Shown piece after piece: positions 1 through 8,589 of a DNA stretch of 64,000 bases. Within the stretch, counting starts at the first letter, position 1, and each line of letters opens with the position of its first letter. This DNA comes from Candidatus Aldehydirespirator sp. (lineage in GTDB: Bacteria > Actinomycetota > Acidimicrobiia > Acidimicrobiales > Aldehydirespiratoraceae), in contig CBDCSK010000014.1 of assembly GCA_965221605.1 (NCBI GenBank), positions 26,666-90,665 on the forward strand. Reading direction: 5' to 3'. A program made the position numbers and the translations under genes. The notes below the pieces were generated by a model. That model made no database searches, was not told the origin of the DNA, and saw only the letters and a list, made by a program, of their open reading frames with translations.

Positions 1-855
1 TCGGCGGTGGACGTCGCTCTCCACGATCTAGTCGGCAAGCAACTCGGCCGGCCCGCCTACGAGCTTCTCGGCGGTGCCCGCGTCCCCCACGGATCGCCGT
101 ACGCCACCCTCTACGCGGGATCGGTCTCCGGGCGCAGCATCACCGAGATGATGAAGTGCCTTCTGTCGATGTGCGACCAGGCACTCGCGCTGGGGTACAT
201 GGCGATGAAGGTCGAGGTTCTCTTCGAGGACCTGGTCGACGACCACCAGCTGGTCCGCTGTGTCCACGAGGCCCGAGCGCACCTTGGGCCCGAGATCGTG
301 ATGATGCTCGACTTCGGCTATCGCTGGACCGACTGGCGAGACGCCCTCTGGGCGCTGCGCCGGATGGAGGACGCCGACCCCTACTTCGCCGAGGCGCCAC
401 TGCAGCACGACGACCTCGAGGGACATGCCCGGTTGGCGGAGCGGACCGATATCCGGGTCTGCGGGGCAGAGTTCGCAGCGACCAGGCACGAGTGCCGCGA
501 GTGGCTCGAGCGGGGCCGCGTGGACGTGATCCAACCCGATGTCGGGCGAGCCGGAGGCCTCACCGAGATGCGCCGGATCGCCCAGTTGGCTGCCGACCAC
601 GGCGCCCTGGTGATCCCCCACGCCTGGAAGACCGGCATCACCGCAGCCGCCTCCCGGCACTTCCAGGCCGCGTCCACCAACGTGCCGTACTACGAGATGT
701 GCGCCCCCGAGTTGAGCGGCGCCACCCTCCGCTCCGAGCTCGTCGCCCCCGAGCCTGTGGTGGTCGACGGGAAACTCGAGCTGCCGGACCGGCCCGGGCT
801 CGGAATCGACCTCGTGCCCGAGACGGTGGAGCGGTTCAGGGTGAAGACCGGGTGA
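1..855 (+). CDS. Enolase-superfamily (mandelate racemase/muconate lactonizing enzyme family) dehydratase, C-terminal part; the 5' end lies outside the window
   Basis: The frame is open from base 1 and stops at TGA 853-855. The sequence (...MMLDFGYRW...YFAEAPL...IRVCGAEF...DVIQPDVGRAGGLTE...HAWKTGI) looks like the metal-binding barrel domain of MR/MLE-type acid-sugar dehydratases. Confidence 0.8.
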   Translation, partial: SAVDVALHDLVGKQLGRPAYELLGGARVPHGSPYATLYAGSVSGRSITEMMKCLLSMCDQALALGYMAMKVEVLFEDLVDDHQLVRCVHEARAHLGPEIVMMLDFGYRWTDWRDALWALRRMEDADPYFAEAPLQHDDLEGHARLAERTDIRVCGAEFAATRHECREWLERGRVDVIQPDVGRAGGLTEMRRIAQLAADHGALVIPHAWKTGITAAASRHFQAASTNVPYYEMCAPELSGATLRSELVAPEPVVVDGKLELPDRPGLGIDLVPETVERFRVKTG

Positions 856-2012
856 CAACGCTCCGGGGCATAACCTTCGACCATCCCCGCGGCGTCGAGC
901 CCCTGCTGGCATCGGCTGAGGCCTTCGCCGCCCAGCGGGGAATCGAGATCTCCTGGAAGGCCCGGTCGCTGCAACGATTCGCCGACCAGCCCATCGACGA
1001 GTTGGCCGCCGACTACGACCTGTTGATCATCGACCACCCCTGGGTCGGGCAAGTGAGTGTCGAGGGATCCCTGCTGCCGCTGGACGACTACCTGTCAGAG
1101 GCCGAGATGAGCGATCTGCGGGCCGGCGGCGTGGGGCCCAGCTTCGAGTCCTACCGGTACCAGGGCAGGTTGTGGGCCGTCCCCGTCGATGTCGCCGCGC
1201 AGGTCAGCGCCTACCGGTCCGATCTGCTCAACGCCGCAGATGAGTCTCCCCCGTACACCTGGTCCGATGTCATCACCCTGGGCCGCCGACTGAGGGGGCG
1301 GGGCCAATGGCTCGGATTCCCGCTCATACCCGTGGACTGCATGATGAGCTTCATGTCCGCCTGCGTCGCCGAGGGCGAACCGCCGGGAGAGTCTCCCGAC
1401 GTGCTCGTATCTCGGCCTGTGGGCGAGCGGGCGCTGGCCCTGCTGGCCGAGTGCGCCGGATTGAGCCACCCCGAGACGCCCAGAGAGAATCCGATCAAGG
1501 TGCTGGACCGCATGTCCACCACCGGCGAAGTGGTCTACTGCCCGCTGCTGTTCGGCTACACCAACTACTCCCGCCCCGGGTTCCGACCCCACAAGGTGCG
1601 TTTCGATGTGGCTCCCTCCCACGACGGGACGCCGCTCGGGGGAATCCTCGGAGGCACGGGCCTGGGCGTGTCGGCGGGCACCGTCTCGCCGGATGAGGCA
1701 TGCGCCTACGCGGCCTTCGTCGGATCGAGCGCCTTCCAGGCGGGCCCCTACGTGGAGTGCGCGGGCCAGCCGGCCCACCTGTCAGCGTGGACCAGCCCTC
1801 GCGCCAACGACCTGACCGACGACTTCTTCTTGAGGACTCTGCCGTCGCTGTCGGTCGCCTACCTGCGCCCGAGATTCGATGGATTCTCGGTCGTGCAGGA
1901 CCGGAGTGGGGAGATCATCCACGACCACCTGTTCGGAGACCGGACCGTCCGTCAGACCCTCGACGACCTGGACCGGCTCTGGACCCAGCAGGTGGCCCTG
2001 GCACGAGCCTGA
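852..2012 (+). CDS. ABC-type solute-binding-protein-like protein with no visible signal peptide
   Basis: GTG at 852 overlaps the upstream stop (GTGA). The real part of ORF 156..2012 starts at VTTLRGITFDHPRG and continues with ...LLIIDHPWVG...YQGRLWAVPVDVAAQV, which resembles family-1 periplasmic binding proteins. The N-terminal 232 aa of the tracked ORF is Arg/Pro-rich out-of-frame overlap with the previous gene. Confidence 0.6.
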   Translation: MTTLRGITFDHPRGVEPLLASAEAFAAQRGIEISWKARSLQRFADQPIDELAADYDLLIIDHPWVGQVSVEGSLLPLDDYLSEAEMSDLRAGGVGPSFESYRYQGRLWAVPVDVAAQVSAYRSDLLNAADESPPYTWSDVITLGRRLRGRGQWLGFPLIPVDCMMSFMSACVAEGEPPGESPDVLVSRPVGERALALLAECAGLSHPETPRENPIKVLDRMSTTGEVVYCPLLFGYTNYSRPGFRPHKVRFDVAPSHDGTPLGGILGGTGLGVSAGTVSPDEACAYAAFVGSSAFQAGPYVECAGQPAHLSAWTSPRANDLTDDFFLRTLPSLSVAYLRPRFDGFSVVQDRSGEIIHDHLFGDRTVRQTLDDLDRLWTQQVALARA

Positions 2013-2081
2013 TCAGGCACACCCATTCGCTCGACCACCGCGTCCAGATCGAGATCCGGGGCATTCTGAGCCGTCATGGAG

Positions 2082-2966
2082 TCACTCCCATGTTTCGGCG
2101 CGGGGGACGTGTTCGACCGTCAGCGTAGTGCTGTGTGTCATTGACCTACCGGGGGCCAGTGTCGTCGTCATGCCCCTCTTCGACGCCCCCGCGAGGCCAT
2201 CGGAGTCGGCGCTGGAGGCCGGCTCCAGACCCAGACAGCGGGTTCGACCGTCCCAGGGCGGTTCGGGGTTCCAACCGTTCTCAAGCCAGTACCACAACGA
2301 TCGGAGGCTCTCCCCCGACCAGGACACCGACACCCTTAGGTCCTCCCGGCTGTAGGCAGTCGCCCGGCCCGCGCCACAGTCCACGACGGCGCCGAACCTC
2401 TGGGTTCCCGGCGCCGGCAGGCTTGACCAGTCACCCGGGTCCGAATCCCCGTCGAGCACCCGGCGCGGTCCCGGCGGAAGGTCCACCGGCGCCACGTCCC
2501 ACACGAACGCCGAGCCCAGGATAAGGTGCTCGACGGCGACGAACTCGAAGGGACTGTCCGTCGGATTGCCGATGGTGGTGACGATGGTCAATCGGTCCGA
2601 CGTGATCTGATGCGTCCGAACGACCGTGGCGCCACCCGAATCGAGGTAGCGCAGGCTCAGCCGGTCGAGCGCAGAGTCGACGACCTGCCACGCCGACAGC
2701 GCGGCGTCGCCGTGGTAGGGATGGCGGCGTCCGTTGTGCAGGCACGCCGGGCCGGCGTTCGGGAACAGCAGCGTCCACCCGCCCCGCCAGCCCCTTACCC
2801 ACGACTGGTCGTTGTGCCCCCGCTCGCTGGGGCTGGGCCTCCAGCCCGGTTGGAACAGGATCTCGCGCCCCTGAGCGTCCCGAACCGACAGCACGTCGGC
2901 ACCACCGCCGGGGTCGACTTCGGCCCGGAGGCCCCCGCTGGACAGGATCAGGGTCCGGTCGGTCAC
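2082..2966 (-). CDS. Aldose 1-epimerase (galactose mutarotase-like) family protein
   Basis: This is the C-terminal 294 codons of ORF 2082..4130. The start is GTG at 2964-2966 (VTDRTLILSSGGLRAEV), overlapping the upstream SDR stop (GTGA). The ...LLFPNAGPAC...HPYHGDAALSAW... pattern is typical of mutarotase-fold proteins. Confidence 0.65.
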   Translation of the reverse strand: MTDRTLILSSGGLRAEVDPGGGADVLSVRDAQGREILFQPGWRPSPSERGHNDQSWVRGWRGGWTLLFPNAGPACLHNGRRHPYHGDAALSAWQVVDSALDRLSLRYLDSGGATVVRTHQITSDRLTIVTTIGNPTDSPFEFVAVEHLILGSAFVWDVAPVDLPPGPRRVLDGDSDPGDWSSLPAPGTQRFGAVVDCGAGRATAYSREDLRVSVSWSGESLRSLWYWLENGWNPEPPWDGRTRCLGLEPASSADSDGLAGASKRGMTTTLAPGRSMTHSTTLTVEHVPRAETWE

Positions 2967-3745
2967 GGGCGCGGTGGACCGCCTCCCCTGACGGCTGCCG
3001 CGCCGTCGACCCGCAGGCTGACACCGGAGATGAACGAAGCCCGATCGCTGAGAAGGAACTCGACCGCGGCCGCTACCTCCGAGGGCTGGGCCATGCGCCC
3101 GAGCGGATGCAGGGCATCGAGTTCCCTCAACTGCGCCTCCCGGTCCTCGGGAAGCAGCAGCCCGTGGGTCATGGGAGTGTCGACCGCTCCGGGAAGCACG
3201 CTGTTGCAGCGGATCTGACTGGGCCCGTACTCCACCGCCACCTGCCTGGTGAGCGCCTCTACCCCGCCCTTGGCCGCCTGGTAGGCGAACGAGCCGTCGA
3301 AGCCGACCACGGCCTGGATGCTGCTGACATTCACGATCGCGCCGCGGCCACGGCGCCGGAAGCGGCGCACCGCGGTAGAGCACCCGAAGGCAACGCCCAG
3401 CAAGTCGACTTCGAGCACCCGGCGCAGGTCGGCCTCGGACACCTCGTGGGCGCTGGCGGGGACCTCGATGCCGGCATTGTTCACCCAGCCCGACAGGACG
3501 CCCATCGAGTCGGCCGCGTCGGCGGCGCGCTCGTGGGTCGACCACTGCGAGACATCGCCGGTTACGGGTGTGAAGCGCGGGCCGAGCCGTCCTGATGCCT
3601 CGCTGAGAGCCTCGGCATCGATGTCGACACCCACGACCCCCCAGCCCTGCCGCACACACTCCTCGACGATGGCCCGGCCGATGCCCGCTCCGGCGCCGGT
3701 GACCACAACTGCTGGCCGCGCTGAGTGTTGGGGCTCTTCGCTCAT
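2963..3745 (-). CDS. SDR-family oxidoreductase
   Basis: TGAGAGIG cofactor motif, NNAG, and S...YxxxK (FAYQAAKGG). Confidence 0.9.
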   Translation of the reverse strand: MSEEPQHSARPAVVVTGAGAGIGRAIVEECVRQGWGVVGVDIDAEALSEASGRLGPRFTPVTGDVSQWSTHERAADAADSMGVLSGWVNNAGIEVPASAHEVSEADLRRVLEVDLLGVAFGCSTAVRRFRRRGRGAIVNVSSIQAVVGFDGSFAYQAAKGGVEALTRQVAVEYGPSQIRCNSVLPGAVDTPMTHGLLLPEDREAQLRELDALHPLGRMAQPSEVAAAVEFLLSDRASFISGVSLRVDGAAAVRGGGPPRP

Positions 3746-3809
3746 GTGACCGCCAAGTCTTGCCTGGTACAGGTGCGGGCGGCCACGTCAGGCCGCGGTC
3801 CGTGTCAGG

Positions 3810-4628
3810 ATGGCTCGCGTGGACGTAGGCGCGACGGTCTTCTACAACGGCTTGGAGCAGGATGTCCGGCTCGATCACCCCGAGGACGTCGCGGTTCACC
3901 CGTCCGACGGCAGCGTGTGGTGCGGAGGCGAGGCCGGGCAGATCTACCGCATCGAGCCGGACGGGTCCAGTGCGACGCAGGTCGCTGATGTCGGCGGGTT
4001 CGTCCTGGGCATCGAGTTCCTCCAGGGCGGTGACTACCTGCTGGTCTGCGACACCGACAACCATTGCCTGCACCGGCTCGACGCACGAACAGGCACCGTT
4101 GTCGATCGGATCGATGAAGTCGGCGGCCACCGCTTCGAGGTTCCCAACTACGCGGTCGAGTTGCCGGGCGGCGAGGTGCTCGTGTCCGAGAGCGGCTCAC
4201 CCGACGTCGAGGGACCCGGTATCGCGCTCGTGCGAGCCGACGGCACGGGAGCGATGTGGCACGAGGGGCCGTTCGCCTTCGCCAACGGGATCGCCGTCGA
4301 TCCGACGGGCCGATGGCTGTACGTGGCCGAGACCTACGTCCGCAGGATCAGCCGTGTCAGCCTCACCGAGAGGGGGCGGCCGCCGGAGCCCGTGGTCGAC
4401 ACCGGGGACCGCCTTCCCGACGGAGTCACGTTCGGGCCCGACGGCCACCTCTACATCGCCTGCTACGAGCCGAGCACGATCCTTCGTTCGGTTGGCGACA
4501 CCCTCGAAGTTGTAGCCCACGATCCGACGGCTCACGTTCTCTGCCACCCGACCAACATCGCCTTCCGGGGAAGGCAGGCGTTCGTCGCGAATCTAGGGGC
4601 CTGGCACATCTCGACCTTCTCGGTCTAG
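3810..4628 (+). CDS. SMP-30/gluconolactonase/LRE-like beta-propeller protein
   Basis: Repeated propeller-like blades (...PEDVAVHPSDGSVW..., ...FANGIAVDPTGRWLYVAET..., ...PDGVTFGPDGHLYIA...). Confidence 0.75.
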   Translation: MARVDVGATVFYNGLEQDVRLDHPEDVAVHPSDGSVWCGGEAGQIYRIEPDGSSATQVADVGGFVLGIEFLQGGDYLLVCDTDNHCLHRLDARTGTVVDRIDEVGGHRFEVPNYAVELPGGEVLVSESGSPDVEGPGIALVRADGTGAMWHEGPFAFANGIAVDPTGRWLYVAETYVRRISRVSLTERGRPPEPVVDTGDRLPDGVTFGPDGHLYIACYEPSTILRSVGDTLEVVAHDPTAHVLCHPTNIAFRGRQAFVANLGAWHISTFSV

Positions 4629-4691
4629 CCGCCCGGATAAGAGCCAGCAGCGGCCCCAATAGACTTCAGCAGCAGACGACAGGGAGCAGCT

Positions 4692-5159
4692 ATGTCCGCC
4701 ACCGCCATCGAGGCTGCGGCCGCCATCCACCGGGGCGATGAGGAGTTGCCATGGGCGGACGCCGGCGGCGGCATCGAGCTCAAGGTGATGATGGTGCGCG
4801 AGGACGAGGGGCTGTGGATCCTGCGCAACCGGTTCGCGCCGGGCGTCGTCATCCAGACCCACCGCCACACCGGGCCGGTGTACGCCCACACTCTGAGCGG
4901 GGCCTGGAAGTACCTCGAGTATCCGGAGGTCAACCGGGCCGGGTCGTTCCTGTTCGAGCCGGCCGGGAGCGTCCACACGCTCACCACCCCGGCCGACAAC
5001 ACCGAGCCGACCGATGTCTGGTTCCAGATCCACGGCGTCAACCTCAACCTCGACGCCGACGGCAACGTGGAATCCATCACCGACGGGCCGGGCGTTCTGG
5101 CCGCCTACTACGCCCTCTGCGAGGCCCAGGGTCTGGCACGCCCGAACGTCGTCACATAG
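4692..5159 (+). CDS. Cupin-fold protein, 2,4'-dihydroxyacetophenone dioxygenase-like
   Basis: Cupin His cluster (QTHRHTGPVYAHTLSGAW...FEPAGSVHTL). The family assignment is from memory of this motif pattern. Confidence 0.6.
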   Translation: MSATAIEAAAAIHRGDEELPWADAGGGIELKVMMVREDEGLWILRNRFAPGVVIQTHRHTGPVYAHTLSGAWKYLEYPEVNRAGSFLFEPAGSVHTLTTPADNTEPTDVWFQIHGVNLNLDADGNVESITDGPGVLAAYYALCEAQGLARPNVVT

Positions 5160-5173
5160 AACGCCCGCCGGGG

Positions 5174-6067
5174 CTACAGGCCGAAGGTGCCGTCGAGGCG
5201 GGTCTTCCAGTTGCCCGACGCGATGGTCCCGCCGTCCACCGGGATGGACGTCCCGTTGACGAAGCCGGCCATGTCGGAGGCCAGGAACACGATCACGGCC
5301 GCGCACTCCTCCGCCGCTCCCATTCGCCGTAGCGGTGTGGGGAACGTGCCCTCGATGACGTGGGTCCCGCCCTCGGCGAGAGCCTCGTCGCCGGGTGTGG
5401 GCATCATGTCGGGAGCCACGCAGTTGACCCGGATGCCCCGGTGCCCGTACTCCACCGCCAGGGTCTTGGTGAACTGCTCCACCGCGGCCTTCATGGCCGC
5501 GTAGACCCCGAAGCCGGGGGCGGAGTGATAGGCCTCAACCGAGGTGACGTTGATGATGGCGCCGCCGTCGGACATGAGCGGCACGCCGTGGCGCACGCAG
5601 TTGGTGACGGTTGCGAAGTTCTCCCTGATCAGGGTGTGCTCACCCTTGGGCGACACGTCGGCGAAGCGGGCCTTGAAGGTGCCGCCCGCGTTGTTGACGA
5701 GAACGTCGATGGGGCCGAGTTCGCTATGGACCCGCTGTAGGAACGCAGCCACCGCGTCGTCGTCGCGGGCGTCGAGCACATCCGGCAGGCACCGCCGCCC
5801 GGCCCCCTCCACTCCAGCCACGGTCTCGGGCAGGAGCGTGGGGTCCATGTCGAACACGGCCACATCGGCGCCGAAGCGGGCCAGGGCCGCCGCGGTGGCC
5901 GCGCCGATCCCCCGGCCCGCGCCGGTCACGACCGCTACCCGGTCGGTGAGCAGGATGCTGTCTGGCGAGAGGATGTGCCAGTCCAGTGCGCTCCTACCGT
6001 CGACCGCGGCGGTTGCGTGGTCCGCGGCACCATCGGGGGTGCGCTCCACTGAGCCCGGCACGCTCAT
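5174..6067 (-). CDS. SDR-family oxidoreductase
   Basis: VAVVTGAGRGIG, NNAG, S...YAAMKAA. The chosen start, ATG 6065-6067, overlaps the res stop (ATGA). The upstream 106 codons of ORF 5174..6385 are Arg/Gly-rich and overlap res. Confidence 0.85.
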   Translation of the reverse strand: MSVPGSVERTPDGAADHATAAVDGRSALDWHILSPDSILLTDRVAVVTGAGRGIGAATAAALARFGADVAVFDMDPTLLPETVAGVEGAGRRCLPDVLDARDDDAVAAFLQRVHSELGPIDVLVNNAGGTFKARFADVSPKGEHTLIRENFATVTNCVRHGVPLMSDGGAIINVTSVEAYHSAPGFGVYAAMKAAVEQFTKTLAVEYGHRGIRVNCVAPDMMPTPGDEALAEGGTHVIEGTFPTPLRRMGAAEECAAVIVFLASDMAGFVNGTSIPVDGGTIASGNWKTRLDGTFGL

Positions 6068-8589
6068 GCCAGTAACGATCCGAACTGGTCCTCGCGGAAG
6101 ATGATCCTGAACCGGCCCTTGACCTCGCCGTTGTCGAGGTTGACCTCGCCGCACTCGTAGGCGCCCGTGCCGTTGAGCGAGGCCTCCAGCGTGGCAAAGA
6201 CCTTCGTCTTGTACTCCGTGTCGGGGTTGCCCTCCAGATGTCCGCCCTTGGTCTCGACCACGAGCAGGCGGGGCCTGCCGTCGCCGTTGCTGGACATTGC
6301 CACGAAGTCGGGCCATATGCGGTTCTGGTTCCAGCCTCGCAGGTAGTACTCGTGCTGCTGACGGACAGCGACCCGATGCCACCACTGGATCGCCGCGTGC
6401 TGGTCCACGTAGAAGGCGAAGTCCCTCTCAAGGCCGGTGTCGAACTGTTTCTCGAAGACCGGTTCGAACAGGCTGTTCTGCACCGGCTTGCCGAGCCGCT
6501 GCAGGGAGTGGTCGTTCGCAGCGACGGGCAGCGTGAACTCCTCCTGCATCCTGTAGTTGGGCTCGCTCGCCTCTAGGTCGAATCGGATGTCACCGGCCTT
6601 GAGCTTGCTGGTGAAGACCTGCTCGGCTTGGCGCTCGATCTCGTCCGCCACCCCCTCTCGGAGTCGGATCATCTGGTCGCGCCGCTGGGCGTAGATGTCA
6701 GCCCCGTTCAGTCCCATGCCGCGCAGCGACTCGATGAGGTCGTCGGCGATCCGAGCCGCCTGCCAGGCGTTCGGGACGAGGTCGGTGAGTTGGCGCGTCA
6801 CCCACGACAGCGTGATCTCGGGATCGGCGTCGATCAGCTGGCGGGTGGCGTCCGACACGCCGCTGCCGCCCAGGTCGACGGCGACCGTCTCCTCGAACAG
6901 GCCCGCACTAGCGCCAGTGGCGGCTCCCGGCGAAGGCGCGGTGATGCCGGCCCAGTCGATGTGGGGGAGGATGTGCCGCTGGTAGCTGAGATCGCGCCAG
7001 CCATCGCCGTGGCGGTGAAGGACCTTGGGGAGGAAGACGTCACGCTGCCGGAAGCGCTCGCGCCTTCGGATGGTCGTGACCTCCATATCGACGGCGTCGC
7101 TGCCGACGACATCGCGGTCGAGCCCGGTGAGCCCCTCGTGCTCCAGGCCGCTCTTGACCTGCATGACGGCGTCATCGACCTTGGTCTTCCAGCAGTGGAC
7201 GTAGCACTTGTCGAGGTCGGGCACCCCTGTCCAGCGAGCGTGCGGCTGGCGCATCACCCGGCCCATGAGTTGCGTGATTGCCCTCCTGCTGCTGGTGTTG
7301 TCGAGCATGACAAGGACGTAGGCGAAGGGGCAGTCCCAGCCTTCCATCAGGGCTGCCTTGGTGATTATCCACCGCACCGGCGAGTAGGGCGACAGAAGGT
7401 CGTGTCCCGCTATCTCGTCCTTCTCGGACGACTTGACGCGCACAGCCTCCGGTGCCTCCCCGAGGTGGTTCACCAAGTAGTCGCGCGCGTCCTCGGCGTG
7501 GATGCGGTCACCGCCCATCTGGGCCTGACCGGTCCGCTCGACCCGCACCACGGCGATGGGGCGGATGTAGCGGCCAGAACTTCCTTCGAGCACGATTGCG
7601 GCCGCCTGGAGGTCATTGAGCCTGTCGCAGGCTCGGGCGAGAGTGTCTCGCCACTCGCCGCCGCTGGTGGTGACCTCGACGGGAAGCTTGATCATCTGCT
7701 CCTTCTTGAGGTCCACGCCTGAGATGTCGACAAGCAGGTTGCTGATGTTGCGATTGGGTGTCGCCGTCAACTCGACCACGAGTCTCGGATCGAGCCGGTT
7801 GACGGCCCTAACGAACTCGGTGGCGCCGTTGCCGCCGTAGGCCTTGTGCGCCTCGTCGAGAATGACGACTGGACGCTGCATCTTGAACACGTTGAACAGG
7901 CTCTGCTTGACGGTCCCGTCGTCGTAGCACTCCAGGTCGGGGTTGTCCGCGAGCAGAGAATCGATGGCGGGCCCGTCGTCCTCTTTGGGGAACAGCGTCA
8001 TGTAGCGGCCCGAGTCCCTGAACATCCGCAGGAACTCCTTGCCCTTCTGCCGGTTGGCGGCCGGCAGCATCAGCAGCATGAGGCACAGGTAGTTCTCTAC
8101 GTCGCCGCGATCGATTCGATCCTCCTTCTCGAGCAGCTTGACACGCCCGCCGCTGGCGTGTTCGAGGAGTTGGCGGTAGGGGTGCTCGCGCGATCTGAAG
8201 GCAGCCTTGGTCTGGGCGTAAATGGCCCTCGATGGCACGATCCAGAGAACCAGTCCGGTCTGCATCCCAAGCCTCTCCAAGGCCGCCGCCCCCAGCAGCG
8301 TCTTGCCGCCGCCCGTCGGCACCTTGAAGCAGACGTGGGGGATGGGCCGACCAGCGTCGTCGTAGCGATCCACGTGCTCTCGGGCACCGGACTCGATCGC
8401 GCCATCCTCAACGAGTCGGTCCCAAGCCGCGCACGGGAAACTGCGAATACTCGCCGGGACGTCAAGGCCCGCCTGCTCCAGCGCGGCGATGCCCTCGTCG
8501 GACTTGATGCGAGCGTCGTCGAGCGTCTTCAACCAGCGGACGAACACCTCCAGCGTCCTGTGCTGGTATTCCTTGAGTTCGAGACGCAT
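6064..8589 (-). CDS. res: Type III restriction enzyme, Res subunit (SF2 helicase plus PD-(D/E)xK nuclease)
   Basis: Walker A KVPTGGGKTLLG, DEAH box VILDEAHKA, ELTATP, QLMGRVMRQ, and a C-terminal nuclease motif (PDFVAM...LLVVETKGG). Its start overlaps the mod stop by 1 nt (TGATG). Confidence 0.85.
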   Translation of the reverse strand: MRLELKEYQHRTLEVFVRWLKTLDDARIKSDEGIAALEQAGLDVPASIRSFPCAAWDRLVEDGAIESGAREHVDRYDDAGRPIPHVCFKVPTGGGKTLLGAAALERLGMQTGLVLWIVPSRAIYAQTKAAFRSREHPYRQLLEHASGGRVKLLEKEDRIDRGDVENYLCLMLLMLPAANRQKGKEFLRMFRDSGRYMTLFPKEDDGPAIDSLLADNPDLECYDDGTVKQSLFNVFKMQRPVVILDEAHKAYGGNGATEFVRAVNRLDPRLVVELTATPNRNISNLLVDISGVDLKKEQMIKLPVEVTTSGGEWRDTLARACDRLNDLQAAAIVLEGSSGRYIRPIAVVRVERTGQAQMGGDRIHAEDARDYLVNHLGEAPEAVRVKSSEKDEIAGHDLLSPYSPVRWIITKAALMEGWDCPFAYVLVMLDNTSSRRAITQLMGRVMRQPHARWTGVPDLDKCYVHCWKTKVDDAVMQVKSGLEHEGLTGLDRDVVGSDAVDMEVTTIRRRERFRQRDVFLPKVLHRHGDGWRDLSYQRHILPHIDWAGITAPSPGAATGASAGLFEETVAVDLGGSGVSDATRQLIDADPEITLSWVTRQLTDLVPNAWQAARIADDLIESLRGMGLNGADIYAQRRDQMIRLREGVADEIERQAEQVFTSKLKAGDIRFDLEASEPNYRMQEEFTLPVAANDHSLQRLGKPVQNSLFEPVFEKQFDTGLERDFAFYVDQHAAIQWWHRVAVRQQHEYYLRGWNQNRIWPDFVAMSSNGDGRPRLLVVETKGGHLEGNPDTEYKTKVFATLEASLNGTGAYECGEVNLDNGEVKGRFRIIFREDQFGSLLA

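Noticed and set aside
2082-4130. A single 682-aa ORF that could be read as one large protein.
   Set aside because: Only the C-terminal 294 codons (mutarotase-like) look like protein. The upstream part overlaps the SDR gene (2963..3745) in another frame and is Arg/Gly/Pro-rich.
5174-6385. An N-terminal 106-aa extension of the SDR in the 403-aa tracked ORF. The same applies to the extension of ORF 156..2012.
   Set aside because: The extensions overlap neighbouring genes in another frame and are Arg/Gly/Pro-rich. Internal starts that give 4-nt overlaps with the upstream stops fit typical operon coupling.
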